64,000 nt of DNA from Cyanophora paradoxa CCMP329 (Eukaryota > Plantae > Glaucophyta): positions 104,470 to 168,469 of the forward strand of contig QPMI01000623.1 of NCBI GenBank assembly GCA_004431415.1. Direction: 5' to 3'. Of this stretch, positions 34,716 to 46,600 are shown piece by piece. Made by a program: the position numbers and the translations under genes. How positions within the stretch are numbered: the stretch's first letter is position 1; each line of letters opens with the position of its first letter. Under the pieces are notes generated by a model. The model saw nothing but the letters and a program-made list of their open reading frames with translations. It did no database searches and had not been told where the DNA came from.

Positions 34716-37323
34716 ATGGCAATGCCGGCCGAGGCCGGAGACGCAGCCAGTGCAATGGAGCGGGTCAGATCCGTGCTCGCCCGCGCGTCCGCGATGGCCA
34801 CTCTTAAGACGATGGCGGGTGCGCGCGGGCAAGGTCCCACGAGCTTGGCCAGGCGAACGCCTTTTCCCTTAGTTTGAACGTACTCATCCTCTACATTGCA
34901 GATGAGCTGCAACGCTCTAGGCGACAGTTGAGCTGCAACACGGCAACGACCCCGAGGACCAGCCGGCGAAGGGTCCGCGGCGCGGTCCGCAGACGCACGA
35001 TGTGACCCTAATGTCGGTGCACGTGCAGGATCTCAACAACGAGCAAGCGGAGCAGACGCTGGCGGCTCTCGCCGACATCACATTCGAACAAAATGCCGAG
35101 CTTGCGGCGCTGGAGGCCGAGATCGCGGGCCTCCGGAGCGAGGCTGTGCGGGCACGGCAGGAATGCACTTCGGTGGTCGAGGCGGCGAGGCAGCGAGTCG
35201 CAGCCGTCGAGGCACGTCGCCGGCAGCGAGCAGGTGTGAAGGGCCTGACTGGCGTTACGCGCAGGAGCGGGAGCGGGAGTGGCTGGCGGACCGGGACAGG
35301 CTGGTGCAGCGGGTGCGGACGGCAGGGCGAGGCCGGGGGTCTGGGTGCGAGAGGCGGGGCGCAGGTGAACGACCTGCGGGCGCGGGAGCTCAAGATGGAG
35401 GGCGAGCTGCAGGCCGCCCGCCACGAGGCACCCCGCCCGCCCCGCCCCGCCCCGCCCCGCTGAACCCGCTGCGCAGTGCCAGCCGCTGCTCGAGGAGCTG
35501 CGCGACTACGCGGCGCGGGAGGCCGAGGTGCCCCGCCCCGCCACTCCCCGCGCCGCGCCGCGCCAAGCGAGACGGGCGGCAGTGGGTGGCCGAGCGGGCA
35601 CACATGATGGCACAGCTGCGGCGGCCGCCCCCGGGGGCCCCCGAGAGCCCCGCCGGCGAGGCCGCCGTCCCCCGAGCCCCGCCAAGGCAACCCCTGCCCC
35701 CACCAGCCCCCCCCCCCCCCCCCCCTCCCCACGGCCGCCTCATCCGCTCACGAAACCGCGCTCTGGAAGGAGGCGCCAAGCGGGTCGAGCGGGTCTCAGC
35801 ACAGGGCGGCACCGAGGGCGCGGCCTGGGGACCCGGGAGCTCGGTGCGCGGCCCGGGCGCCGCCGCCGGCGCCTGGCGACGAGGCTCGCAGCGGGAGGCG
35901 TGGGGGCCGGGGGCTGGGCCGGAGGCGGGCGGGAGGAGGGCGGGGGTCGGCGCGGGGCCGTGGGCCGCGAAGCTGCCCGGGGCGGTCATCCTCGAGAACA
36001 TCACCCTCAAGGCCGCCCCGCCGGCCCGCCCCGCCGCCGCCTGCCTCACGCGGCCCCAGGAGCGGGTGCTGGAGCTCGAGCGGGCGGTGGCGCAGCTGCT
36101 CGCCGAGCTCCACGACCCCGGGCGCCCCGGCGGCCCCGGCGCCCTCCCCGCCCGGAGCCCGCCCCCGCAGAGTCCGCCCCGCCCGCCCGCCCCGCCTCGG
36201 GCCTCTCTGAGGGCGGAGCGGGTGCAGGGCGGGGCGGGAGGGTGGCGGGGAGGCGCTGCGGGAGGAGAACGGGGCGCTGCGGGCGGCGCTGGAGGCTGCG
36301 GAGGGCGCCTGCGCGCCCAGGAGGCCGCCCTCGCCGAGTCCGCCCCGCCGCCCCGTCCCGCCCCGCCCCGCCCCGCTTGACGCGGCGGGGCGGGCGCAGG
36401 CAGTCCCGCATCCACGCCCTCCTCGCCCGCCTCGGCTCCGAGAACGCCCGCCTCGGCGCCGAGGCCCGCCCGCCCCGCCTCGCCTCCCGCCCCGCCCCGC
36501 CTGACCCCCGCCCGCAGGTGAACCGGCTTCAGGCGGCCCTCACACAGGGGCAGGCCGGGGCGCCCGCCGAGGCCGCCCCCGCCGCCGCCCCTCCGCAGCG
36601 GCCGCCTCGGCGGCTTCGGGGACCCCACCGCAGCCGGCCGCCCGCGGGGATCCTTCTCCTCGCCGCCCCGCCGGTTGCGGGGCCGGCGGGGCCGGCGGGG
36701 GCGCGCGGGCGCCGCCGCGGACGCCGCCGACGCCTGAGGCGGCGACGTCGGCGTCGCTACAGAGCACGCCCGAGGGGGGCGGCCTCTCCCCGGCCCCGCT
36801 CCGGCCCGCGCCGGCTGGCGCGAGGCCTCGAGCGGCGCCGAGCCGCGCCTGCCGCTCTCGCCCTGGGGCCCGCCCCCCTCGCCCCGCCCTCGACCGCCTC
36901 CTCCGAGTCCGGGCGGGCGCCGGGACGCCGCCCACCGCCCCGCCCCTCCTCCCCGCCTCAAGGCCCTCGCCGAGCCCGCCCCGCCCCCGCCCGCCCGCCC
37001 CGGCCCCGCCCCACCCCCGCCCCGCGCCCGCGCCCCTCCCAAGGCCCCCTCCCCCGCGCCGTGGCGGGGGCGAGGGCGGGGCGGGGCGGGGGCCGGTCCC
37101 TGTGGTTCCGCTGGTGACGGCGCTGCGGAACCCGTGCGTGGGGGGCGTGCCGCCGCAGGCCCCCTCCCTCTTCGAGGGTGCGGGGCGGGAGGCGCTGGCC
37201 GAGGCGCGGCGGGAGTGGCGCGCGATGCTCGCGGGGCCGCAGGCCGCGCTGAGCCCGCCGGGCGGCACCGTCCCCGACGGGCGTCGCGAGATCGCCTCCC
37301 TCGTCGGGCGCTCCCCGCTCTGA
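34716..37323 (+). CDS. Hypothetical coiled-coil protein (paralog of the 32471-34567 gene)
   Basis: Exons LAALADITFEQNAELAAL, KRDGRQWVAERAHM and LLARLGSENARLGAE|VNRLQ. Confidence 0.65.
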
Positions 37324-38552
37324 GGCCCGCCCCGCCCCGCCCTCCACGTGTACACCCTCTCGCACGCTTTTTCTTTGAATCTCCGAGCGTAGGAACAGTG
37401 AATCATTACAGCAGAATAGTGAATCATTACAGTAACATTACAATCCCACGATCGCCGAGTCGTGTCTGCCCAGTGCACGTGGCACGTGGCCCAGTGGATC
37501 ATTGGATAATCCGGCCTGGCCCAGTGGCGGCCCCCGGCCCGGCGGGACCGGGGCCAGTCCAGTCCGACGATCACCGGCGAGTTCAAAGCCGGCCCGGCGG
37601 GCTTGTAATTGCAACACGTACCGTAGTACGGTAATAAGCTACTAAGTTACTTGAAATGCCATCTATATACTATCATAGTATGATACGATATATATCATAG
37701 TATGCATCATCATGAAACTTGCCAATTGCAAGTTGAAATGTTCAAGGTTCAATCAAGCTTAACTTTAGTAAGGTTTCAAGTTTCAAGCTTCAAGGCTTGC
37801 CAGTCACTGAGTGTTCCGAAGTTCAATGTTGCCACGCCTTCAAGGCCCTGAGGCTTGCAAACTTTACTTGCATGCGCAATTGAAGGCCGCCCGGCGGCCG
37901 GCGCCGGGCTTCCAACTTGGCAACTTGGCAAGCCTTGACTCTGTGACCGTCGGACTTCGTGGGAACTTCGGAATCATGATTATCATGCCGTGATGCATCA
38001 TGATCATCATGGCATGGCATGACCGTCGGACCGACGGACTCCGGATCCAGGCTCCGAGTCGCCGAGTCGCGATCGGTGATGAGGCTGCGCTTTCATATGC
38101 CAGCCGCTGAGCTGCCATGGCCAGGCTGCAGTCTGCCAGGCTGATCATGAACTTTTGAACTTCGGAAGCCTCAGGGCCTCATGTCATGAGATCGATGATC
38201 AGGGCCGGCGCCCCCGGGCCCGGGCCTACCGTAGTACGAGCCTCGGAGCTCTCACATGCCATGATGAATTCGAATGTTTAACAGCCTCCCACTGCTCACC
38301 GGGCCCGGCCCAGCCTCCCATGAGCTTGCCGGAGTTCTGGGACGCTGCCATGGGCCATGCATATGGTGACTTAACAAGGCCCAGCAGCTGCAGCTGGCCC
38401 CTGGCACGCGCGTAGTGGCCCCGTCGCGTCGCCTCCGCCAAGCTTCGCTCTGTCATCGCACCACAGCGCCAGACAGGTACAGTGAAACACGCTGCCTACG
38501 GGGCTCCTGTTGAAAGTAGGGAGGGGCGGTGGAGGGGGAGGGGGGGGGCGGC

Positions 38553-39898
38553 CTAGAAGGAGAGGCCGAGGGCGATACCTGGCGCGGCGGTCAAGCGGGG
38601 CGCCACGCAGGGGCGGCTCGGGGGCGGGGGGCGGGGGCGCGGGCACCGTTGGCGAAGTGGACGAGGAGGACGACGAAGGCGGCCACGCCGAGGTAGGCGT
38701 GGGCGTTGCGGGCGGTCTCGCGGGAGGCGCCGCCGAAGGCGAGGGGGATGAAGGCGTTGACGACGAGCATGGCGAGGGCCAGGATGGCCGTGTAGTAGTG
38801 CCCGCTCTTCTGGATCTCCTGGCTCTGCATCACCATCGAGAGCAGGCCCCCCGTCGAGCCCAGGAAGAAGAAGAACTGCCCCCCGCCCGCCCCCCGAGAT
38901 CGGCCCCCGCGGCGCCGTCAGCCGGGGCTGGGGCGGGGGCGGGGCCGGGGCCGCACGGTGGCGACGGGCAGGAGCGAGGTGTGCAGCTCGATGGCCTTAG
39001 CGACGTCCTTCGGGTTCATCTGCGTCCGCCCCGCCCCCCGTGAGCACAACGCCGAGGCGAGGTGGCGGCGGCGGGGGGCCGGCCTTGTCGCCCTTGCGGA
39101 GGCGGTTGTTGCGGATCTTCCAGCCGGCGTCGACTCCGACGCCGCCCATCGCGAAGAGCACCACCGACATGAAGAAGGGGTGGCCCCAGTGCACTGGCCC
39201 CCGCCCCGAGCCCTGTCAGCCGCCCCGCCGCCTCGTCGGCCGCGGGGCGCGGCGGGGGCGCACCGAGCGGCTCCGGGAGGTTCAGCGCGGTGAAGTAGTC
39301 CGCAATCGGCTGCGCGCGGAGCGTCACCCGCTACCTCGCACCTCGCGCGGCGCCGGCGGATGGGCACGGCGGCACCCTGCGCGACGTGTTAGGGGCGCGA
39401 CAGGCGGCGGCTGCCGGGGGGGGCCGAGGCTCGCGCTCACTTGAGTGAAGCGGCGAGGCCGGAGTCGGCGGCCGCAGCAAGGAGGAGGGCCGGAAGGGCG
39501 ACGCTGTTGAGGGAGAACGGGGCCAGCGCCGCCTTCTCCTCCTCCTGCTTCTTGCAAACGATCGGGGCGGCAACCGCGAACTGACGAGGGGAGGCGGCAA
39601 AGGTCTTCTTCACGCCGAAGAACTGGCTGCGCGCAACCACGGCCGCATTCCGCGCCGCCGCCTGCGGCTGCGCATTCACGTGTGATGCCGCAAGCGGTCG
39701 ATCCGGTCGCAGCCGGCGAGCCGCCGCGTAGATTGCGAGCGTTCAGGCTAACATAGTATCTAGATGCTGCCCAGGCGAGGGAGGGCGCCGATCGGGAAAG
39801 TTCGCACGTGCGCGCACCTTCGACAGGCACCGGGAGGCCGCGGCGGGGCTGGCGAACGAGGAAGACGCAATGGCCGGCACGGGGGTGATGAATGCCAT
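38553..39898 (-). CDS. Plastid-targeted DUF4079-family membrane protein (cyanobacterial type, His-rich TM helices)
   Basis: Transit peptide MAFITPVPAIASSSF; LNLPEPL|VHWGHPFFMSVVLFAMGG, FFLGSTGGLLS, SGHYYT, ARNAHAYLG and IALGLSF*. Confidence 0.85.
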
Positions 39899-40019
39899 GG
39901 TTGCTACGCGCAGGGGCCGAACTTGAAACTGCTGACGACCACCTACTCGAACAAATGCGAACGAAGTGCGATCTCGGTATCCCAACCATTGCGGTGTAAC
40001 GCCGGTGTTGGATCATAGT

Positions 40020-41185
40020 ATGGCGTCGGCGTTTGCAACTGTGCCAGCAATGGCTGTACCAGCGTCGCTGGGCTGGACCCTCACGCCGCGTGCGCTTGCG
40101 CGTGCGCGGGCGCCGGTGCGGGCGCGACCCGACGCCTGCGCGTGGCGCGCGGTGCGGGCGGAGAGTGACGTGAAGTTCGAGGCGGATGCTCGGCCTACGC
40201 GCCGGGAGGCGCTGGGCCTGGCGGCGGCGGCGGTGGCGTCGGCGGCGGCGTCGCTGTCAACACCGGCGCTCGCGTCGGCGGCGGACGAGGCGGGAGAGAT
40301 GTGCGCGGCGGAGCCGGGCGCTTCGTGCGCGGCGTCTACCGGCGGAGCGTCGGCCGCCGGGCGAATCTCGCTCAGCACGGGCCGGGGCCGGGTCCGCGCC
40401 GCCGCTTCGCCCGCTCCGCGCGCGCGGGTGGGGCGGCTGACGGGGTCGGGGCGGGGAGCTCTCGGTGGGGGTCTACCCGGACTTCGCGTACAACGCGGAG
40501 GGCTTCGGTGGCGAGGGGACCTACCGCGTCGCCCCCGACGGGCGCACCGCCGACTTCGCCTTCCCCGCCGACGCCCTCTCCATCCCCCCAATGAGCTGGC
40601 GCACCGCCTCCATCCTCGGCCGTCCGCCCCGCCCGCGCCCGCGCCCGCGCCCGCCGCGACGCCCCGCGGGCGCAGTGCCGCTGCCGCCCTTCCTCGAGAT
40701 CCGCATCACGCCGCGCGAGGCGACGGGCACGTACGACCTCACGACCGGCGAGTTCAAGATGGCCTTCGACGCCAAGGTGCGCCCCGCCCGCAGAGTCCCC
40801 GAGGTGCCCCGGGGCGACGCTGCTGCAGTTCCAGCTCTTCCTCGCCGGCTCCGCCGCCTTCGTGCCGATCTCAGTCGTCACGAACCTGACCAGTGCGCCG
40901 CGCCCGCCCCCGCGCGCCACGCCGGCCGGCCTCGACGCGGCCCAGCCGGAGAGAGCGCGGGGCTGTTCAAGCGGGCGGCGGGGGCGGCGATCGACGAGAC
41001 GGGGGCGGGGCGACTGGTGGGGGTGGCGGTGGTGCCGCGGACGGGGGACGGGTTCATGGACGGCTTCCTCGGGCTCCCGGTGAGGCCCCCCGCCCCGCCC
41101 CGAGGCCCCCGCCCCGACCGCCCCGGCCCCGCAGACCGACACCCTCGCCGAGCTCCCCGTGCGGCTCTCCTTCGCCCCCGCCTAG
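40020..41185 (+). CDS. Plastid-targeted conserved uncharacterised protein with a possible twin-Arg (Tat) lumen signal
   Basis: MASAFATVP transit peptide, TRREALGLAAAAV signal, YPDFAYNAEG, LG|VPLPPFLEIRITP and LVGVAVVPRTGDGFMDGFLGLP; from recall this motif set occurs in a cyanobacterial/plant family. Confidence 0.7.
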
Positions 41186-41301
41186 CCCCGGACCCGGCGC
41201 CCCCCGCCCGCCCGCCCCGCCCGCCACGCGCCCCCGCCCCTTCCGAGCGCAAGAGTATTGCGAGAGAGCGTGGGGAGCGTGCTGGGGAGCTCGGGGCGGG
41301 G

Positions 41302-43000
41302 TCACGGGGCGGGGCGGGCGGGGGCGGGGCCGTCGGGGGAGGCGCGCCCCTCGAAGAAGGCCTTCTCGGGGGCGGGGGCGGGCGGGGCGGGGGCCGGGGG
41401 CGCGGGGCGCCCCACGAGGCGGAGGAGGAAGGCGCGCGTCTCGACGGGGTTCTTGGCGTACCCCTCGAGGAGCATGCCCGCGGCGAGGAGGCCCGTGGCG
41501 AGCAGGTGGCCCACGTGGAGCGCCTTCGGGAAGAGCAGGAAGCTCAGCACGATCTGCCGCCCCGCCCCCGCCCCCAGGCCTCAGCGCGGAGGGCGGCGCG
41601 GCACGGGCGGGGCCGGCGAACGGTGAGGAGTTTGCGGCAGCTACGCAGAGGGGGCGGGGCGGCGGGGTGAGACGGGGAGGCGCGCGGGGCCGAGGCGGGG
41701 AGATGGGTCCCGACCTGGTGACGACGACGCAGGTGACCGCGCCGAAGCGCTCGACGAGGACGAGCACGGCGTAGGTCCCCAGGTACGAGAAGAACCCGAA
41801 GACCAGCATCAGCGCGTACAGCTCCGGCCGCCCGCTGCAGAAGCGCAGCGCCGCCGCCAGCTCCCCGCTCCACGCGACGTACCCCACGCACAGCAGCGAC
41901 GCCGCCAGGTACGTCTGCGCCCCGCTCGCCCCGCGCCCCACCCCGCGCCCCCGGCCCCGGCCCGCACCCACTGGACCATCTCCGTGAGGGAGCACTGCGC
42001 CGGCGTCAGGCGGGGCCGGCGGGGGCGGGGGCGGGCGCGGGGGCGGGGCGGGGACCTTGTGGGCGCGGAGGAGCTTCTCCTGGGCGTTGCCGATGAATGC
42101 GTCTGCGAGGAGGGCGAGGAGGAGGACGGCAACGCCGGTCCACGAGAACTTTGCCTGGACGCGCACGTCCACCAGCCTGCCGCCCCCGCCTCGCGCGCCG
42201 GCTCCCGTGCGCGCGGGGGCGGAGGGGGCGGGCGGACGTGAAGGATGCGAGGCCGACGAAGAAGCACAGCGCCGACGCGTAGTCCTGCCGCCCCCTCGGC
42301 CCCGCATCCCCGAGGCCGCCCACGGGGGGGGGGGGGGGGGGGGGGGGCGGGCGGGCGGGGCGGGCCATGAGCTTGTACTTCTTGCCGAGGAGGAGGGTGC
42401 CGACGAGCATGACGGGGATCACCTTCGCCGACTTGAAGACGACCTGCCGCCCCCTCGCGCCCGGCCCCGCGCGCCCGGCCCCGTGCGCCGCGCCGCGCCG
42501 CGCGCACGAGGATGGGGTACGTGCAATAGTTGAGGCTCGCGTTCGACAGGCCCATCGACACGAGCAGCAGCGCCCCGATGACCGCGTACCTGCCGCCCCA
42601 GCCCCTCGCCTCGCGCCCCGCGCCGGCAGGGGGTTGGCGAGGGGGCGGGGAGGGGGCGGGCGGGGGCGTGCCACTTGGCGGGGGCTGAGACTTTGGTGGG
42701 GCAGCCCTCGCGCATGCGCTCGAGGGTGGAGAGGGCGAGGCCGAGCACGAAGGAGACCCCCACCATGAAGAACGCGAAGTCGAACCCCTCCACCGTGAAG
42801 ATCAGCTCTGCCCCGCCCCAGCTCAGCTGCAGCCGCCGCCCGCCGCCCCGGCATCCGGCGGTCGCGCCGCTGCTGCCGTGCGCCGGCGCGCTCGGACCTT
42901 GGATGTAGCTGTGCGCCTGGTACAGCACCAGAACGGATCCAGCGGCAATCGCGAACTGCGTGTTGCGCGGCCGCCGATCCAGGAACTTGCTGATGTCCAT
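41302..43000 (-). CDS. UAA-family nucleotide-sugar/PAPS transporter, SLC35B3-like
   Basis: SMGLSNASLNYCTYP, VVFKSAKVIPVM, LLADAFIGNAQEK, FGAVTCVVVT and LSFLLFPK. Confidence 0.9.
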
Positions 43001-43618
43001 CGCGGAGGGGGGGCGCGCGACGCTGGTAAGCTCGGTCGATGCTCTGCGCGCGCTGTGGGCTGCCGCCTCGCAACCAGCGGTGTCGAAAGCTGTCGCACCG
43101 CCGCGCGCGCCCCAGACCCAGTGCCGCGCGCCGCGCTACACTACTGAACTAACCGCCGGTAGTCAGTACCAGGTTCGCGCAGCCTTCCAGCCGCTAGCTA
43201 GCTACGTATACGTATGGAGTGCTTTTTAGTTAGATGAACCGCGGCGGAAACGTTAACTGGACTCCCGCGCGCGAGAGTAGGTTGAACTTGATGCGGTACC
43301 CGGGTCGAACGACAAAGTTGGACATACGTATACTCCGGACAAATTAAAGCGCCGCCGGGCCGATCGAGTGGCAAGTGAACGACGCGGCCGCGGCAAGTGA
43401 ACATCGATATCTAGATCTGTTTTTCGCATGTGCGTGCGGGGCCCGGGGTACGCCTCGCGTCGCTTCAGCACAACGGTTCAGTACAGATTCAGCATCGTTG
43501 CGTTTGTTAACACTGGCAGACTAGCTTGCGCTAGCTGCGGACATCGTTTGAAGTTCTATACAGAGGGTTTGCATGGAGCTCTACGATAGCTGCGTGCGAC
43601 GACACGCGGCGCTGCTGC

Positions 43619-46600
43619 TTAGTCGTCGGCGTCCGAGTCGCTGCCGACGAAGCTCTCATCGTCCTGCTGCGCGATGAGCTCGAGGGGCGGCGGTCGCGTG
43701 CGGAGGGGCGGGGACGCACGTCGGCCGGCTCCTCCTCGTCCTCGTCGTCGTCGAGCTTGTACTTCACGGGCGCCGCCGCCGCCGCGCGCCGCTGCGGCCG
43801 CCTGGCCGCCGGCGTCAGCGGGGGGAGGCGGGCGGCGGGCGGGCGGGGCGGGGGGGGGGGGGGGGGGGGGGGGGACGCACGGGGCGGCTGCGGCGGGCTC
43901 CGGGGCCGGGGCGGGGGCCTTCTTCTTCGGGGCGGGCTTCGGGGCGGGGGCGACCTGCTCGCCCGAGTCCTCCTCGTCGCTCGCCGGCGCCGCCTTCTTC
44001 AGGCGCCGCTTCTTCGGGGCCGGCGAGCTCCCCTCCTCCGCCGCCGCCTTGACGCCGGCCTTGGCCTTGGGCGCCGCCTTGGCCTTGGGGGCCGGCACGA
44101 GCTCCTCCTCCTCCTCCCCCGCCGCCTTCTTCGCCGCGGCGTCGGGCTTGGGGCGCTTGGCGGCGGCCTTGGGCTCGGCGGGGGCGGGCTTGGCCTTGGG
44201 GGCGGCGGGCTTCTTGGCCTTGGCGGGCTTCTTCGCGTCGGCGTCGGAGCCGCTCTCGGCGCGCCAGTCGTCGCCGGCGTCGCTCGCCTCGCTGCCATCC
44301 CCCTCCTCCTCCTCATCGTCGAGGAAGTCCATCATCTCGTCCGCGTACTTCACCGGCTTCCGCGCCCGCCCCGCCCCGCGCCCCGCCGCCCCAGTCTCCT
44401 GCGCCCCGCTCGCCTCAGACGGCGACGCGGGGCTGTGCGCGGGGCGCGGGGCGGGCCTCGGCGCTCTCCTCGTCGTCGGAGGGGGCCTTCTTCTTGGCCG
44501 CCTTGGGCGCCGCCTTCGCCTCCGGAGCCGCCTTCTTCGGCTCCTCCTTCGCCCCGCCCGCCTCCGCCTTCTTCGCCGCCGCCTTCGCCTTCGGCGCCGC
44601 CGGGGCGGGGGCCGCCGGGGCGGGGAGAGTGGCGGGGGCCTGCGGGGCGGGGGTGGGCGCGGGGCGGGCTGTGCTGGGCGGGCCGGGCGGACGCGTGCGG
44701 CAAGGCGGGAGGCGAGGTCCATGTCGTCGTCGTCGTCGTCCAGCGCGATCGTGTCCACCACCTTCGCCGGCGCCGGCGCCGCCGCCTTCTTCGTGGGGCC
44801 GCCTTCGCTGCAGCCGCCGCCGCGCTGCCGCTGCCACCGCCGCCGGCCAGCGGGAGGGCGGGCGCCGCGGCCGCGGCCGGCTTCTTGGCGGCTGGCGGGG
44901 CGTCGGACGGGGCGGGGCGGAAGGTCTCAGGGGCGGTGCGGACCGGGTGCCTTGGGTGCGGGCTTCTTCTTGGGGGCGCTCTCCTCGAAGTCGCTGCCGT
45001 CGTCGAGCTCCTCCTCGCTGCCGCTCTCCTCGTCGCTCCCCGCCTTCTTCGCCGCTGGCTTGCGGGGCTTGGCCGCCGGCTTGCGGGCCTTGGCGGCGCC
45101 GGCCTTGGGCTTGGGGGCCTTGGCGCCGCGCTCGTGCTCCTCGCGCTCGTAGGCGTCGTGGGCCTCGAGGAAGGCGTCGAGGTCGGCCTCCCACATCGCC
45201 GCCTCGGGCGTCGCCTCCAGCTCCGCCAGCTCCTTCTCGTTCCGCGCCTGCCCGCCCCTTCAGCGCCCCCCAACCCCGAGCCCGGCGCGGCGCCGGCGGC
45301 GCGCCTTCTCGTTGAGGAGCTCCTGCACGCGCTCGAAGGTGAGCGTCCACAGCGGCATCGAGAGGAGGTAGTCGTACGCCGACCGCTGCGCTCCCGCAGC
45401 CCCGCATCACGCCCCGCGGCGGCGCGGCGCGGGGGCGGGGCGCGGACCGTGGCGGCGGCGGGGGCCTCCTTCTCCTTGCGGCGGGAGGCCGGGAGGAGGT
45501 CGTCGTCGCTGGCGTCGTCCGCCTCGCGCTTCTTCTTCTTCTCCGCGCTCTCGATGGGGTCGTACTTGCGCGCCTGCAGCTCCGCCAGCAGCTCCGCCCG
45601 CTTCCGGTTCGAGACGACGAGCTCGCCGCGCACGACCTGGCGCCGCCTCGGCGGGGGCGGGGGGCGGGAGGGTGGGGGCGGGGGCGCGCACCTCGAGGAT
45701 GAAGCGGACCTTGTTGGAGAGGCGGACCTGCTGCTCGCGGAGGCGGGCGAGGAGGAGGGCCTTGCGCTTGTGGTAGTACTCGAGGCGCAGCGGGTAGAAG
45801 TCGCGGAGGACGTCGAGCGCCGAGCCGTACTTCTTCAGCTTCCCGTCCGCGCCCCACAGGTGCATGTTGTTCGTCGAGATGCTGTCCACCAGCTTGAACT
45901 TCTTCTCCAGCGCCGCCGCCTTCTGCTCCTCCGTGGTGGCGCCGGCGAGGGCGGCCGCCATCTGCTCCTCGGTCATGTGGACGACGAAGTGGACGGTGGT
46001 GTCCGTGTGGTGCTCCTTGAAGTCCTTGATCCAGACGCCCTGCTTGGCGTCGTCCCCCGTGATGGCCTTCTCGAGCACCGAGGCCTTGTACTTCTGCGTC
46101 CACACCCCGACGGGCAGCTCGGTGATCTCCACCGTCGTCGCGCTCGTCTGCGTCACCCGCCCGTGCACCGTGTAGCCCTTCGCCGTCGGGCGGATGTCCC
46201 CCGTGAAGCCGCGGTACCACGGGTGCAGCGGCAGCAGCTCCTCCTCGGGCGCATCCGGCCCCAGGCGCATCATCCGCCGCAGGTTCTCGACGAGGTCGCG
46301 CGGGTTGTAGCGCGGCACAGACGTGCTCCAGCCCGTGCCGATGCCCTCCGCGCCGTTGACGAGGACGAGGGGGAGGATCGGCATGTACCAGTGGGGCTCG
46401 ATGGACTGCCCGTCCTCCGTGTTGAACTTGAGGAGGCGGTCGTCGGCCTCGACGAAGAGCGTCCGCGTCGTCGGCGCCAGGCGCGTGAAGATGTAACGCG
46501 GGCTCGCCGCGTCGTCGCCACCCTGCCCAGCCCCCTCAGCCGGCGCCCGGCAGCGGCGGCGCTGGGCGTGGGCGAGCCATCAGGCGGGTGCCGAAGGTGC

